From Gammaproteobacteria bacterium (lineage in GTDB: Bacteria; Pseudomonadota; Gammaproteobacteria; Ga0077536), in NCBI GenBank assembly GCA_963662545.2, contig CAXXLL010000003.1, positions 640,001 through 704,000 on the forward strand: 64,000 nt of DNA, in the 5' to 3' direction. Within the stretch, counting starts at the first letter, position 1. The number at the start of each line of letters is the position of its first letter. Below are positions 41,385 through 51,978 of this stretch, piece by piece. A model generated the notes under the pieces. That model did no database searches, was not told the DNA's origin, and saw only the letters and a list, made by a program, of their open reading frames with translations. Made by a program: the position numbers and the translations under genes.

Positions 41385-42890
41385 ATGCCTGCACACACGA
41401 TGGCACAGGCTTTTGCCAAGAATTTCCTGGGCCATTCGCCCGGCTGGTACAAGCTCACCATCATCGGCTTTCTGGTCTTAAACCCTATCCTGCTCGTCAC
41501 CGTCGGCCCCTTCATCACGGGCTGGTGCCTGATCCTGGAATTTATCTTTTGTCTCGCAATGGCGCTCAAGTGCTACCCGCTGCAACCGGGCGGACTGCTC
41601 GCGATCGAGGCCGTGGTGGTCGGACTCACCACGCCGGACACGGTGTACGACGAAATCCTGCAAAACTTCCCCGTGATCCTGCTGCTCATGTTCATGGTCG
41701 CCGGCATCTTCTTTCTCAAAGAATTGCTGCTCTTCACGTTCACCAAGATCCTGCTCAAGGTGCGCTCCAAAGCACTCTTGTCGCTTCTGTTCTGCGGAGT
41801 CTCCGCGGTACTGTCGGCCTTCCTGGATGCCCTCACGGTGACAGCCGTCATCATCACGGTCGCCGAAGGGTTTTACCTCGTCTACCACAAGATTGCCTCC
41901 GGCAAGCAATACACGAGTGATCACGATGCCTCAGGGGATGATGAGGTTCAGGAACTCCATCGATCGGACCTCGATGAATTCCGCGCATTCCTGCGAACCC
42001 TCATGATGCACGGCGCCATCGGCACGGCACTGGGGGGCGTGTGCACACTGGTCGGCGAACCGCAGAATCTGCTGATCGCTAAGATGGCCGGCTGGGAGTT
42101 CGCCGAATTCTTCGTGCGTATGGCGCCGGTTACCATGCCGGTGCTCGCCGTCGGGTTAACGACCTGCGTGTTGCTAGAGAAACTGCACTGGTTCGGCTTC
42201 GGCCAGGAACTGCCGGACAACGTGCGTATAATTCTGATTGGTTACGACACCCACGAAACCGAGAAGCGCACCCTACAGGACGTCGCCCAGCTCTGGGTGC
42301 AAGGGATCACCGGGGTGTTTCTGTGTTTTGCGCTCGGTTTCCACCTCGCCGAAGTCGGCGTCATCGGACTCACGGTTATCGTGCTCGCCACCGCCTTTAA
42401 CGGTATCACCGAAGAACATCGGCTGGGCCATGCTTTCGAGGAAGCGCTGCCGTTTACGGCGCTGCTCGTGGTCTTTTTCAGCATCGTTGCCGTCATTCAC
42501 GATCAGCACCTGTTCACACCCGTGATCGCATGGGGGCTCGCCATGGAAGGCAACATGCAGACCGCGGCGTTCTACGTTGCGAATGGCGTTCTTTCGATGA
42601 TCAGCGACAACGTGTTCGTCGCTACCGTTTACATCTCCGAAGTGTTCAAAGCCCTCGACGCCGGCCAGATCACGCGCGAACAGTTCGACCTTCTCGCCGT
42701 CGCCATCAACACCGGCACCAATATCCCGAGCGTGGCCACACCGAACGGGCAGGCCGCATTCCTGTTCTTGTTGACGTCGGCCATCGCGCCGGTCATTCGG
42801 CTGTCTTACGGACGCATGGTGTGGATGGCATTGCCGTATACGATCACGATGTCCATCACGGGCTTGCTCGCGGTGATCTACCTGTTGTGA
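41385..42890 (+). CDS. nhaB: Na+/H+ antiporter NhaB
   Basis: [48 protein letters not shown]. Confidence 0.96.
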   Translation: MPAHTMAQAFAKNFLGHSPGWYKLTIIGFLVLNPILLVTVGPFITGWCLILEFIFCLAMALKCYPLQPGGLLAIEAVVVGLTTPDTVYDEILQNFPVILLLMFMVAGIFFLKELLLFTFTKILLKVRSKALLSLLFCGVSAVLSAFLDALTVTAVIITVAEGFYLVYHKIASGKQYTSDHDASGDDEVQELHRSDLDEFRAFLRTLMMHGAIGTALGGVCTLVGEPQNLLIAKMAGWEFAEFFVRMAPVTMPVLAVGLTTCVLLEKLHWFGFGQELPDNVRIILIGYDTHETEKRTLQDVAQLWVQGITGVFLCFALGFHLAEVGVIGLTVIVLATAFNGITEEHRLGHAFEEALPFTALLVVFFSIVAVIHDQHLFTPVIAWGLAMEGNMQTAAFYVANGVLSMISDNVFVATVYISEVFKALDAGQITREQFDLLAVAINTGTNIPSVATPNGQAAFLFLLTSAIAPVIRLSYGRMVWMALPYTITMSITGLLAVIYLL

Positions 42891-43045
42891 GCGCGTGTGT
42901 TTGATGCGGTAGCGGCAGGACGCACGGCGCGCTCACGCATTCGGGGGAGTACCCGCTCCGCAAAACACCCAGTGGTTCTCGACCTGCGGCTGACTGCCGG
43001 GTCCAAAATCGACGCATACACGGCTTTCGTTCATGCTCAACGGCT

Positions 43046-44503
43046 ATGCCTTCGACGCCAAACCAAACTGTAGCGGCCCGGGTCTCACTCATTTTTTCAG
43101 CGGGACTGTGCGCGGCGTTCCTCGTCTTCGCGCCCGGCCTTGCCGCCGACGATACGGCCGCCTTGATCGATCGGCTTGACGCGATCCGCCAGGCCTACGG
43201 CGTACCCGCCTTTGGCGCCGCGCTGGTTTCAGGCCAGGAGACGGTATTCGCCGGCGCGCGCGGTATCGCCAACCTCGAAAGCGGCCGCGCGGCCGACGAC
43301 GATACCGTGTTCAGGATCGGCTCCATCACGAAAGCGTTCACGGCGCTCGCCGTCCTCATGGCGGCAGAAGACGGCCTGTTGGACCTCGACGCACCGCTCG
43401 ACGCCTTGATCGGTCCTGGTTTTTATGTGAATTCGTGGGCACCGGAGCATCCCGTCACGCTCGTCCATCTACTGGAACACAGCGCGGGATTTGCAGATTT
43501 GTCGATGGAGGAGATGTACCACAGCGACCCGGCGCCGTTCGCACTCGCAGACGCCGTGCGGTTCCGACCGCAGAACCGGCGAGTACTGTGGCGGCCCGGC
43601 CTGCATTATTCCTATAGCAACGCGGGCGCGGGCCTTGCGGCGTATGCGCTCGAGCAGCGCACCGGGATCCCCTACGAAGTCTTCGTCCGCGATCGTATTT
43701 TCGCCCCGCTCGCCATGGACACGGCCTCGGTGTTGCTCGATTCGACGCCACGAAACTCGCTCGCCGCCGGATATGACAGTGATGCCAGCACGCCCATCCC
43801 CTATTGGCACATGCTGTTTCGCGCGTTCGGCGCGATCAATGCGCGGCCGCGCGATATGGCCGGCTTCGTCAAGCTGTTCACCGGCCGCGGCGAAGTCGGG
43901 GGTCGGCGCATCGTGCCCGGGACGCTGATCGCGCGCATGGAGTTTCCGGAGTCGACACTCGCCGCGCGCTCCGGCCTGCGCTTTGGATATGGACTCGGGA
44001 TCTATTCCTGGTTCAGCAACGGCGTGCTGTTCCATGGCCACGGCGGCGACGGCGATGGTTATCTCGCCCACTTCGGCTACAACCCGCGCACGGCGCGCGG
44101 CTACTTCGTCGTGATCAACGCCTTCACCCATGTGCCGCTTCGAAAGATGCGTACGGCGATTGAGCAATACCTGACGCGCGACGTCCCGGCGGCGACATTC
44201 GAGCCCGTAGCGGGCATTCAGGCAAGCGCCATCACGGGGACGTATGAACGGGCGACTTACCGGTTCCCGCAAGGTTCGGATGACGAACCCGATCGCATGG
44301 AGATCACGGGGACGCGGGGCCAATTACTTACGCGCGAAAGCGGTGCCGAGCCACAGCCGCTGCTGGCCGTCAACGCGCAGCATTTCCGGCGGACAGACGA
44401 ACCGTCCGCGACGATCGCGATCGTGCCCGACGAACGCGGGCGCCTTTTCTACCAGGGGGAGCGCGAAAACTACCAACGGATAGACACACACGGGCTCGAA
44501 TAA
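43046..44503 (+). CDS. Serine hydrolase, beta-lactamase family, exported
   Basis: GSITK (SxxK), YSN, HGG; signal peptide. Confidence 0.85.
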   Translation: MPSTPNQTVAARVSLIFSAGLCAAFLVFAPGLAADDTAALIDRLDAIRQAYGVPAFGAALVSGQETVFAGARGIANLESGRAADDDTVFRIGSITKAFTALAVLMAAEDGLLDLDAPLDALIGPGFYVNSWAPEHPVTLVHLLEHSAGFADLSMEEMYHSDPAPFALADAVRFRPQNRRVLWRPGLHYSYSNAGAGLAAYALEQRTGIPYEVFVRDRIFAPLAMDTASVLLDSTPRNSLAAGYDSDASTPIPYWHMLFRAFGAINARPRDMAGFVKLFTGRGEVGGRRIVPGTLIARMEFPESTLAARSGLRFGYGLGIYSWFSNGVLFHGHGGDGDGYLAHFGYNPRTARGYFVVINAFTHVPLRKMRTAIEQYLTRDVPAATFEPVAGIQASAITGTYERATYRFPQGSDDEPDRMEITGTRGQLLTRESGAEPQPLLAVNAQHFRRTDEPSATIAIVPDERGRLFYQGERENYQRIDTHGLE

Positions 44504-44567
44504 GCACCGGCTGCGCATCCTGCTGATAAGCCCCGGGGCCGAACAGACGGGGTGATATGCTGCGCCG

Positions 44568-44987
44568 ATGCTGAAAATTGCGCATGACATCGAGATCCCG
44601 GCGCATGAGATCGAAATCTCCGCGACGCGCGCCAGCGGCCCCGGCGGGCAGAACGTAAACAAAGTCTCGACCGCCGTCGTCCTGCGGTTTGACGTAGCGC
44701 GCTCCTCGCTGCCGCAACGCTACAAAGATGGCGTACTCGCGCTCGCCGACCGCCGCGTTTCGCGCACGGGCATGGTCACCATCAAGGCGCAGCGCTATCG
44801 CAGCCAGGATCGAAATCGCGCGGACGCCCTGCTACGGCTGCAGGCCTTGATCTGCCACGGCGCCCGCCGCCCGCGGCCCCGCATCCCCACCCGGCCGTCC
44901 GCGGCATCACGCAAGCGTAGACTGAATGACAAAAAGAACCGCGCACGCACCAAGGGCCTGCGGCGCCCGCCGTCGGCGAACGACTGA
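44568..44987 (+). CDS. arfB: Alternative ribosome rescue factor ArfB
   Basis: SGPGGQNVNK, RSQDRN, basic C-terminal tail. Confidence 0.92.
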   Translation: MLKIAHDIEIPAHEIEISATRASGPGGQNVNKVSTAVVLRFDVARSSLPQRYKDGVLALADRRVSRTGMVTIKAQRYRSQDRNRADALLRLQALICHGARRPRPRIPTRPSAASRKRRLNDKKNRARTKGLRRPPSAND

Positions 44988-45107
44988 TCTTAGCGGCATC
45001 GACATCGATCGATGCCATCTGACCGGCTGGCGCCTTCGGCGTCGATTACATGCCCGGACCTTGGCGGTGATATAGTGCCCGGTGTGCCGATTCGGGAGGA
45101 GTGCATC

Positions 45108-45329
45108 ATGAAATACCGAGTGTTACTGCTGTTCCTGGTAGGACTGCTCATCAGCGCCTGCGGAGACGACAAGCCGGCGGCCCAGGCCGCGAAACCCGCG
45201 CCGAGCGCGAGTCCGGCGACGACGGAAGAAACGGTCGTGGCCGACGAGGAAGAACTCGTCTACGAGCAGATCGACGTCTCGAAACTCGACAACGAGTGGT
45301 GGCAACAGTATTCCGGGGGCGGAGGCTAG
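45108..45329 (+). CDS. Small lipoprotein (73 aa)
   Basis: GGAGG RBS, MKYR plus hydrophobic stretch, lipobox ISAC. Confidence 0.75.
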   Translation: MKYRVLLLFLVGLLISACGDDKPAAQAAKPAPSASPATTEETVVADEEELVYEQIDVSKLDNEWWQQYSGGGG

Positions 45330-45507
45330 ATAAGGCTGCCCCGAACTATCCTCGGGGGTCACCCCCGAGATCTACCCGGCTCCGGGTTCGTTCGCGTCGA
45401 AATGCCGGCGTTGATTCCATAACGGGACCGGAAACTTTCCGCGGCGCCCACTTGGCCAAGCAGTACCGCAAGTACGTTCCCGGCATTCGCCGCCGGCGAG
45501 GTTTCAA

Positions 45508-46149
45508 ATGGAATTCACAGACATCGTCCGCACCACTCACACCTGCCGTTATTTCAAGCCTGATCCCGTCCCCGATGAGATGCTGGCGAACGTGCTCGAT
45601 GCAGTGCGATGGGGACCCAGCGGTGGTAACCGCCAACCAGTGAGCCTGATCGTGGTGCGCGAAACCGCGATGAAGGAAAAACTGCAGGGTCTCTACCTGC
45701 CGATCTGGGACGCCTACGTCGTGGGTATTGACCAGGGAAAAGTCCGCGTCGGCGGACGTTCGCAACTCATTGACGATGCCGATTACTTCGCGCGGCACCT
45801 CGCCGAGATCCCGATCCTGGTGATGGTCTGTGCACGACTTGCCGACGTCCACCCGACCGATGTCGATCTCGACCGCCTGAGCATCGTCGGCGGCGCTTCG
45901 GTCTATCCCCAGATACAGAACATGATGCTCGCCGCGCGCAACGTCGGCCTTGGAACGGCCCTGACGACCCTGCTCTGCGCCGTCGAGCCGCAGGTCAAAA
46001 CCCTGCTCGGCATTCCCGACGAGGTCTCGACCGCCGCCATGATTCCGATGGGATGGCCGGTAAAACCATTTCCGAAAAAGCTCAATCGGCGGCCGCTGGA
46101 AGAGATGGTTTTTATGGAATCCTACGAGAACGCATTCATTCCGGCTTGA
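45508..46149 (+). CDS. Nitroreductase family protein
   Basis: CRYFKPDPVP, GPSGGNRQP, QNMMLAARNVGLG. Confidence 0.88.
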   Translation: MEFTDIVRTTHTCRYFKPDPVPDEMLANVLDAVRWGPSGGNRQPVSLIVVRETAMKEKLQGLYLPIWDAYVVGIDQGKVRVGGRSQLIDDADYFARHLAEIPILVMVCARLADVHPTDVDLDRLSIVGGASVYPQIQNMMLAARNVGLGTALTTLLCAVEPQVKTLLGIPDEVSTAAMIPMGWPVKPFPKKLNRRPLEEMVFMESYENAFIPA

Positions 46150-46159
46150 GGTATTTTAG

Positions 46160-46321
46160 GGAACCCCTGAATAAGTCATGGCCCATCTGCCTTGTCCAAG
46201 AAATCGCGGAGCCGTAACCGACGATCCTGGCCCATAGTCACCGCTATGGCCGGCGATTCGTGCCTTGATCTGAACCATTGCATGAACCATTCAGACCCAC
46301 CGTGACTTATTCAGAGGTTCC
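46160..46321 (-). mobile_element. MITE copy 3 (inverted relative to copies 1 and 2)
   Basis: TTAG|GGAACCCCTGAATAAGTCATG...CGTGACTTATTCAGAGGTTCC|CTAG. Confidence 0.85.
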
Positions 46322-46588
46322 CTAGATCCCCATGTTGCTCAGGGTCACCATGATGTCATTCAGAATGTTGGTGATCCGGGGGTGTGCAAGCTCGAATTGC
46401 TCGATGTGATGCTTCACGGCGTCAACGAGCGAGGCGTCACCATCGCCACGTTCCAGCGCATCGAGCCGCCCTTCTACGTCATCGATCAGTACGCGCAGTT
46501 TTTCATCAACGTCTACTGCACCGGGGTCGATGTCATCGAGCTCGCGGCGCAGGCGTTCCAGGGCATGTTCAAGTTGCTCGCGGCTCAT
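46322..46588 (-). CDS. DUF4404-like small helical protein
   Basis: FELAHP and LSNMGI C-terminus. Confidence 0.75.
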   Translation of the reverse strand: MSREQLEHALERLRRELDDIDPGAVDVDEKLRVLIDDVEGRLDALERGDGDASLVDAVKHHIEQFELAHPRITNILNDIMVTLSNMGI

Positions 46589-46690
46589 GTCAGATTTTTT
46601 CGATGCGGACTTGCGATCATTATAAAGTGAAGCCGAACGAATTCGACTCCACATCCGCGCACCGCTTTCGGCGACCCACTGCCCGCCCGC

Positions 46691-47695
46691 TCATTCGACG
46701 GTGATAACGGCGGCGCCCTCTAGGCGGCCGGCCCGCAGATCGTCAAGTGCTTTATTCGCATCCCGAAGAGCGTACGGCTTGACGTGACTCCTAACAGGAA
46801 CCCGCACGGCAAGGGCGAAGAACTCGCGAGCGTCGTCCCGGGTCAGATTCGCGACCGATACGATCTGGCGTTCACCCCACAGGATGTCGTAGGGAAACGC
46901 GGGAATGTCGCTCATGTGGATGCCACCGCAGACGACCCGGCCGCCCTTGCACAGCATCGCGAGTGCCGTCGGCACGAGCGCGCCAACCGGCGCAAAAATG
47001 ATCACGGCGTCCAGCTCGCAGGACGGCATCTCGTCCGAGCCGCCAGCCCAGATGGCGCCCATCTCGCGCGCGAATTTCTGCGCGGCGCCGTCGCCGGGAC
47101 GCGTGAACGCAAACACTTCGCGCTCCTGGAATACCGCGATCTGCGTAACGATGTGCGCTGCCGCGCCGAATCCCATAATGCCGAGGCGACGTGCGGATCC
47201 CGCCTTGCATAACGAGCGGTAGCCGATCAGACCCGCGCATAAAAGCGGCGCCGCCACCAGGTCGCCGAACGTCTCCGGCAGTTCGAAACAATAGCGTGCA
47301 TCGGCGAGGCAATACTCCGCGTAACCGCCGTCTACCGTATAGCCGGTGAATCCGGCCCGATCACAGAGGTTCTCGCGCCCGCCCTTGCAGTAGGTACACT
47401 CACCACAAGTATGCCCGAGCCAGGGAATACCGACGCGTGCGTGCAGGTCGAGGTCCTCGACACTGTGGCCGACTTCCACCACGCGACCAACGATCTCATG
47501 GCCGGGGATCAGGGGATACTTCGCGGCATTGAGATCGCCGTCGATGATGTGCAGATCCGTGCGGCAGACCCCGCAGACCGACACCTGCACCAGAACTTCA
47601 CCGACCCGCGGCGCCGGCACGGGGATCGATTCGAGAACCAGGTGCTGGCCGGCTTCATGCAACCGCATCGCCTGCATCGTTTCAGGGGTGGGCAT
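46691..47695 (-). CDS. Zinc-dependent alcohol dehydrogenase family protein
   Basis: CRTDLH, GHEIVG, CGECTYC...C, CAGLIG, GFGAAA. Confidence 0.92.
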   Translation of the reverse strand: MPTPETMQAMRLHEAGQHLVLESIPVPAPRVGEVLVQVSVCGVCRTDLHIIDGDLNAAKYPLIPGHEIVGRVVEVGHSVEDLDLHARVGIPWLGHTCGECTYCKGGRENLCDRAGFTGYTVDGGYAEYCLADARYCFELPETFGDLVAAPLLCAGLIGYRSLCKAGSARRLGIMGFGAAAHIVTQIAVFQEREVFAFTRPGDGAAQKFAREMGAIWAGGSDEMPSCELDAVIIFAPVGALVPTALAMLCKGGRVVCGGIHMSDIPAFPYDILWGERQIVSVANLTRDDAREFFALAVRVPVRSHVKPYALRDANKALDDLRAGRLEGAAVITVE

Positions 47696-48839
47696 CGACC
47701 TCTTCCTCGAGATCGGTAAAGAGGATTTGCAGATCGTTCAAAAAGCGAAAGCCCGTATCCGTCGGTTCGACCCGCTCGCCTGTTCGATCCAGCCAACCGC
47801 GATCGACCGCATTCTCCAGCGGCGTGGCCACGACGCTAACGGGCAAGCGCGTACTCGTTTCGAATTCGCGCAGCGTAAATCCCTGCTTGAGCCGGAGTGC
47901 ATTAAGCATGAATTCCGTCGCCAGAGTAACGCCCTCGATGGCCTGCTCGCTTTCGAGCGCATACCCGCGCCGAGCTTCCTTGACGTAGCGCCGGGGATGG
48001 CGAATCTTGACCGTGCGCACGATCCCCGTCGCATCCGTGCGCTTGCCGTGCGCACCGGCGCCGATCCCAAGGTAATCCCCGAATCGCCAGTAGTTCAGGT
48101 TGTGCCGCGCCTCGCGGCCGGACCGCGCGTACGCCGAGATTTCATATTGCACGAAGCCGCCCTGTGCCAACCGTTCGACGCCGCATTCATAATCGTCGCA
48201 GATCTGATCGTGTCCCGGTAATGGCGGCGGCTTGCGCGCGAACGCGGTCCCTTCCTCGATGGTGAGCTGGTACCACGAAATGTGCTCGGGTGCGAAAGCC
48301 AGCGCTTGCTCCAGGTCAATCACACCATCCCCTGGACGATCGCCCGGCAAACCGAACATCAAATCCAAATTTAGATTGCCAAAGCCGGCGTCACGGGCGG
48401 CATCGATGGCGCGGCGCGCTTCAGCGCCGTCGTGGATCCGGCCTAGGGCTTTGAGTTTGCCATCGTCGAAGCTCTGCACGCCGATCGAGAGCCGATTGAC
48501 GCCGGCCGCGTGGTAATCGCGAAACCGCTCGGCGTCGACCGTCCCCGGGTTTGCTTCGAGAGTGATTTCGATATCTTCCTCGAAGACACAGCGCGCGGTA
48601 AGTCCGTCTAGCAGCGCTGCGATCGCACCACCGCTGAAGAGACTGGGCGTACCGCCGCCGATGAAAACGCTCGCGAGTTCGATCGCGCCCCAGGCGTCGA
48701 GTTCGACGTCGAGATCCGCAAGAAGGGCACGAACGTATTCATCTTCCGCCAGCACCGGATCGCGCTCGTAGGAATTGAAATCACAATAGGGACACTTGCT
48801 CACGCACCAGGGCAGGTGGACGTAGAGGTTAGCGCTCAT
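47682..48839 (-). CDS. hemW: Radical SAM heme chaperone HemW
   Basis: YVHLPWCVSKCPYCDFNS, GGGTPS, HNLNYW; next to rdgB. Confidence 0.93.
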   Translation of the reverse strand: MSANLYVHLPWCVSKCPYCDFNSYERDPVLAEDEYVRALLADLDVELDAWGAIELASVFIGGGTPSLFSGGAIAALLDGLTARCVFEEDIEITLEANPGTVDAERFRDYHAAGVNRLSIGVQSFDDGKLKALGRIHDGAEARRAIDAARDAGFGNLNLDLMFGLPGDRPGDGVIDLEQALAFAPEHISWYQLTIEEGTAFARKPPPLPGHDQICDDYECGVERLAQGGFVQYEISAYARSGREARHNLNYWRFGDYLGIGAGAHGKRTDATGIVRTVKIRHPRRYVKEARRGYALESEQAIEGVTLATEFMLNALRLKQGFTLREFETSTRLPVSVVATPLENAVDRGWLDRTGERVEPTDTGFRFLNDLQILFTDLEEEVDAHP

Positions 48840-49426
48840 GCCGGACGAAACGACGCGAGCAAGGCACTCAGCGCCTGGGCTCGATGGCTGATGCGGTTCT
48901 TCGTGGTCGGATCCAGCTCCGCCGAGGAACAGTCCCGGTCAGGGACATAGAAGATCGGATCGTAGCCGAAACCGTTGCTACCGCGGGGCGATCGCAGCAA
49001 GGATCCTTCCCATACGCCAGTCGCGATTACGGGCAAGGGATCGTCGGCGCTTTTGAGGTACGCGATAACACAGATGAATCGACAGGAACGTTCAGCGACG
49101 GGCACGGATTCGACATCGGTAAGGAGTTTCTTGAGGTTCGCTTCATCACTCGCTCCGGGACCTGCGTAGCGCGCAGAATAAACGCCGGGCGCGCCGTTCA
49201 ACGCGTCGACCGAGAGGCCGGAGTCATCGGCAATTGCGGGCAGCCGGGCAAGCTTCGCCGCATGGCGTGCCTTGATGATCGCGTTCTCGACGAAGGTCGT
49301 GCCGGTCTCGTCCACCGGCGGAATTTCGAATTCCGACTGCAGATAGACCTGCACCTCAAGCCCTTCCATCATTGCCTTGAGTTCCCTTATCTTCCCGGGA
49401 TTGGCACTCGCGAGCACGATGTCCAT
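48836..49426 (-). CDS. rdgB: dITP/XTP pyrophosphatase
   Basis: ASANPGK, ADDSGL, FGYDPIF, ISHR. Confidence 0.95.
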   Translation of the reverse strand: MDIVLASANPGKIRELKAMMEGLEVQVYLQSEFEIPPVDETGTTFVENAIIKARHAAKLARLPAIADDSGLSVDALNGAPGVYSARYAGPGASDEANLKKLLTDVESVPVAERSCRFICVIAYLKSADDPLPVIATGVWEGSLLRSPRGSNGFGYDPIFYVPDRDCSSAELDPTTKNRISHRAQALSALLASFRPA

Positions 49427-49506
49427 CAAAAATATTCGGTCGGGCGAGAGGGGGTGGTGTTGACCTTGTCCGATGGAGGTACGGGCCACTGCGCACGCGC
49501 AAACAT

Positions 49507-50229
49507 TCAGTTCGCCCGCGCTGCCTCCTGCAGCTTGATCAGGTCCGCGATCCCCACTGACGCAAGATTCAGCAATTCATCCAATTCATCGCGTCGGAAA
49601 GCATGACCTTCCGCGGTACCCTGGATCTCGACGAAATGCCGCGCATTGTTCATGACGACGTTCATATCCGTCTCCGCGTTGGAATCCTCAGCATAGTCGA
49701 GGTCGAGTACGGGTGCGCCGTCGAAGATGCCCACCGACACGGAAGCCACCGCGCCGTGCAAGGGATTCTTCGAGATCTTGCGGGTCTCCATCAGCTTGTC
49801 CACGGCATCGGCCAGCGCGATGTAGGCGCCGGTGATCGACGCGGTCCGCGTGCCGCCGTCAGCTTGCAGCACATCGCAGTCAAGCGTGATCGTCTGCTCG
49901 CCCAGCGCTTCCAGGTCGACCACTGCGCGCAGTGAGCGGCCGATCAAACGCTGAATTTCCAGCGTGCGCCCGCCCTGGCGTCCTTGATTGGCCTCGCGCC
50001 GCATACGCGAATGAGTCGCGCGCGGGAGCATCCCGTATTCGGCCGTGACCCAGCCTGTACCCGAGCCCTTGAGAAAGGGAGGCACGCGCGATTCCACGCT
50101 GGCGTTACAGATCACCCGGGTCTCGCCGAATTCGACCAGCACCGATCCTTCCGCATGCACGGTATAGTTCCGCGTAAAACACACTTTGCGCATTTCGTCG
50201 GGCGCGCGACCGCTCGGCCTTTGTGACAT
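49507..50229 (-). CDS. rph: Ribonuclease PH
   Basis: [25 protein letters not shown]. Confidence 0.97.
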   Translation of the reverse strand: MSQRPSGRAPDEMRKVCFTRNYTVHAEGSVLVEFGETRVICNASVESRVPPFLKGSGTGWVTAEYGMLPRATHSRMRREANQGRQGGRTLEIQRLIGRSLRAVVDLEALGEQTITLDCDVLQADGGTRTASITGAYIALADAVDKLMETRKISKNPLHGAVASVSVGIFDGAPVLDLDYAEDSNAETDMNVVMNNARHFVEIQGTAEGHAFRRDELDELLNLASVGIADLIKLQEAARAN

Positions 50230-50405
50230 CCAAGCTCTCGTCGTTGATTTGGCGTCATTATAACCATCAGACCTGCCAACGAGGACGCCGTCTGCTAAAC
50301 GCATTGCGGCACCTGGCTCACGCACTAACCGGTGCGGAAAGTGCCTTCGACATCCTGTTAAGATCAACTATCAGGCTTTCGCAGCAGGAGACGATCGATC
50401 TCACT

Positions 50406-51272
50406 ATGCCTTCCAGCATGACCAGTTTCGCGCGCGTCGAATTCGACGGCAATTGGGGGCGCGGTGCGTGGGAACTACGCTCGGTCAATCACCGTTACTC
50501 GGAAGTATTCGTGCGGCTCCCCGAGGAGTTTCGCGGGCTCGAATCCGCCGTGCGCAATCGCGTAGGCCGCGACGTCAAGGGCGGCAAAGTCGATTGCATC
50601 CTGCGCATCGATGTCGCCCAAGCCATCGCGAGTGAAATCCGCATCAACGAACGGGCCGCCCAAGCGCTGGTCGAGGCGACGCGGAAAATCGCTTTATACA
50701 CCGGCGGCGACGCGCCGATTAACCCCATGGACGTACTGCGCTGGCCGGGCGTTACGGAAGTCCCGGAGGTGGATCTCGATGCCGTCAACCGAGTGGTGCT
50801 CGGCAAACTGAACGACGCGCTAGATGAATTTCTCGATACCCGGCGGCGCGAGGGTAGCAAGCTCAAGGACACCATCATCAAGCGGCTCGCCGGACTATCG
50901 GCACAACTCGACATGCTCGAGGTGCGCGTGCCCGAAATCATCGAGTCTGTTCGTGAGCGCCACTATCAGCGGATCCGAGAGATTGCTGGCGGTCTGGACG
51001 AATCCCGCGTCGAACAGGAGTGCGCGCTGCTGCTGCAGCGGCTGGATGTCGCTGAGGAACTCGATCGGCTGCGGGCGCACGTCGAGGAAGTCACGCGCGT
51101 ATTGGACGCCGACGAACCGATCGGGCGACGGCTCGATTTCCTCATGCAGGAACTCAATCGAGAAGCGAACACGCTCGGTTCAAAATCGGCGCACATCGAC
51201 ACCGCAGGGGCGGCGGTCGAACTCAAGGTACTGATCGAACAAATGCGCGAACAGGTCCAAAACCTTGAGTGA
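50406..51272 (+). CDS. yicC: YicC/YloC family endoribonuclease
   Basis: SMTSF, SVNHRY, QELNREANT, EQMREQVQNLE. Confidence 0.93.
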   Translation: MPSSMTSFARVEFDGNWGRGAWELRSVNHRYSEVFVRLPEEFRGLESAVRNRVGRDVKGGKVDCILRIDVAQAIASEIRINERAAQALVEATRKIALYTGGDAPINPMDVLRWPGVTEVPEVDLDAVNRVVLGKLNDALDEFLDTRRREGSKLKDTIIKRLAGLSAQLDMLEVRVPEIIESVRERHYQRIREIAGGLDESRVEQECALLLQRLDVAEELDRLRAHVEEVTRVLDADEPIGRRLDFLMQELNREANTLGSKSAHIDTAGAAVELKVLIEQMREQVQNLE

Positions 51273-51903
51273 GATCCATTCCAGCACCGCCACTGGATAC
51301 CTGTTCGTCGTGTCGGCGCCCTCGGGCGGCGGCAAAACGACCCTGGTGCACGCGCTCCTAAATGCTACCGAGGGCTTGGACGTCTCAGTGTCACACACGA
51401 CACGCCCGCGCCGGGCTGACGAGCGGGACGGCATCGACTACCACTTCGTCAACGACGCGAAGTTCGACGCCATGATCGCCGGCGGCGAATTTCTCGAGCA
51501 CGCCGTGGTCTTCGATCACCGCTACGGAACAAGCCGCGATAGAGTATTCGAGCATCTCCAGAACGGCCGCGATGTCGTGCTCGACATTGACTGGCAGGGT
51601 GCGCGCATGGTGCGGGAAAGGTCCGACAACACCGTCTCGATCTTTATTCTCCCGCCGTCGGTCAAGGAACTCGAGCGACGCCTCACCGATCGGGGCGGCG
51701 ACAGCGCAGAAGTGATCGTGCGCCGCATGCGCGACGCCGTGAACGAGATGTCGCACTACCACGAATACGACTACCTCGTGTTCAACGACGATTTCGATCG
51801 CGCCGTCGTCGCGCTCGGGAACGTCGTTGGAGCTGCGCGCCAGCGGCGTGCCATACAGCAGGCGCGCCACGCGGACATCCTCACTCAGCTCGTGGCCACT
51901 TGA
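51265..51903 (+). CDS. gmk: Guanylate kinase
   Basis: APSGGGKT, SHTTR, DIDWQGA. Confidence 0.96.
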   Translation: MSEIHSSTATGYLFVVSAPSGGGKTTLVHALLNATEGLDVSVSHTTRPRRADERDGIDYHFVNDAKFDAMIAGGEFLEHAVVFDHRYGTSRDRVFEHLQNGRDVVLDIDWQGARMVRERSDNTVSIFILPPSVKELERRLTDRGGDSAEVIVRRMRDAVNEMSHYHEYDYLVFNDDFDRAVVALGNVVGAARQRRAIQQARHADILTQLVAT

Positions 51904-51978
51904 GCCAGATTTTGCTATGCTCCGCCGTCCAGCTCGCTGGATTCAACCCGCTTACTTTTTTTCGGGGATTCCAATGCC

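Noticed and set aside
45401-45487. tRNA-like cloverleaf
   Set aside because: No TTC T-loop, D-loop or CCA end; kept only as a weak structured-RNA candidate.
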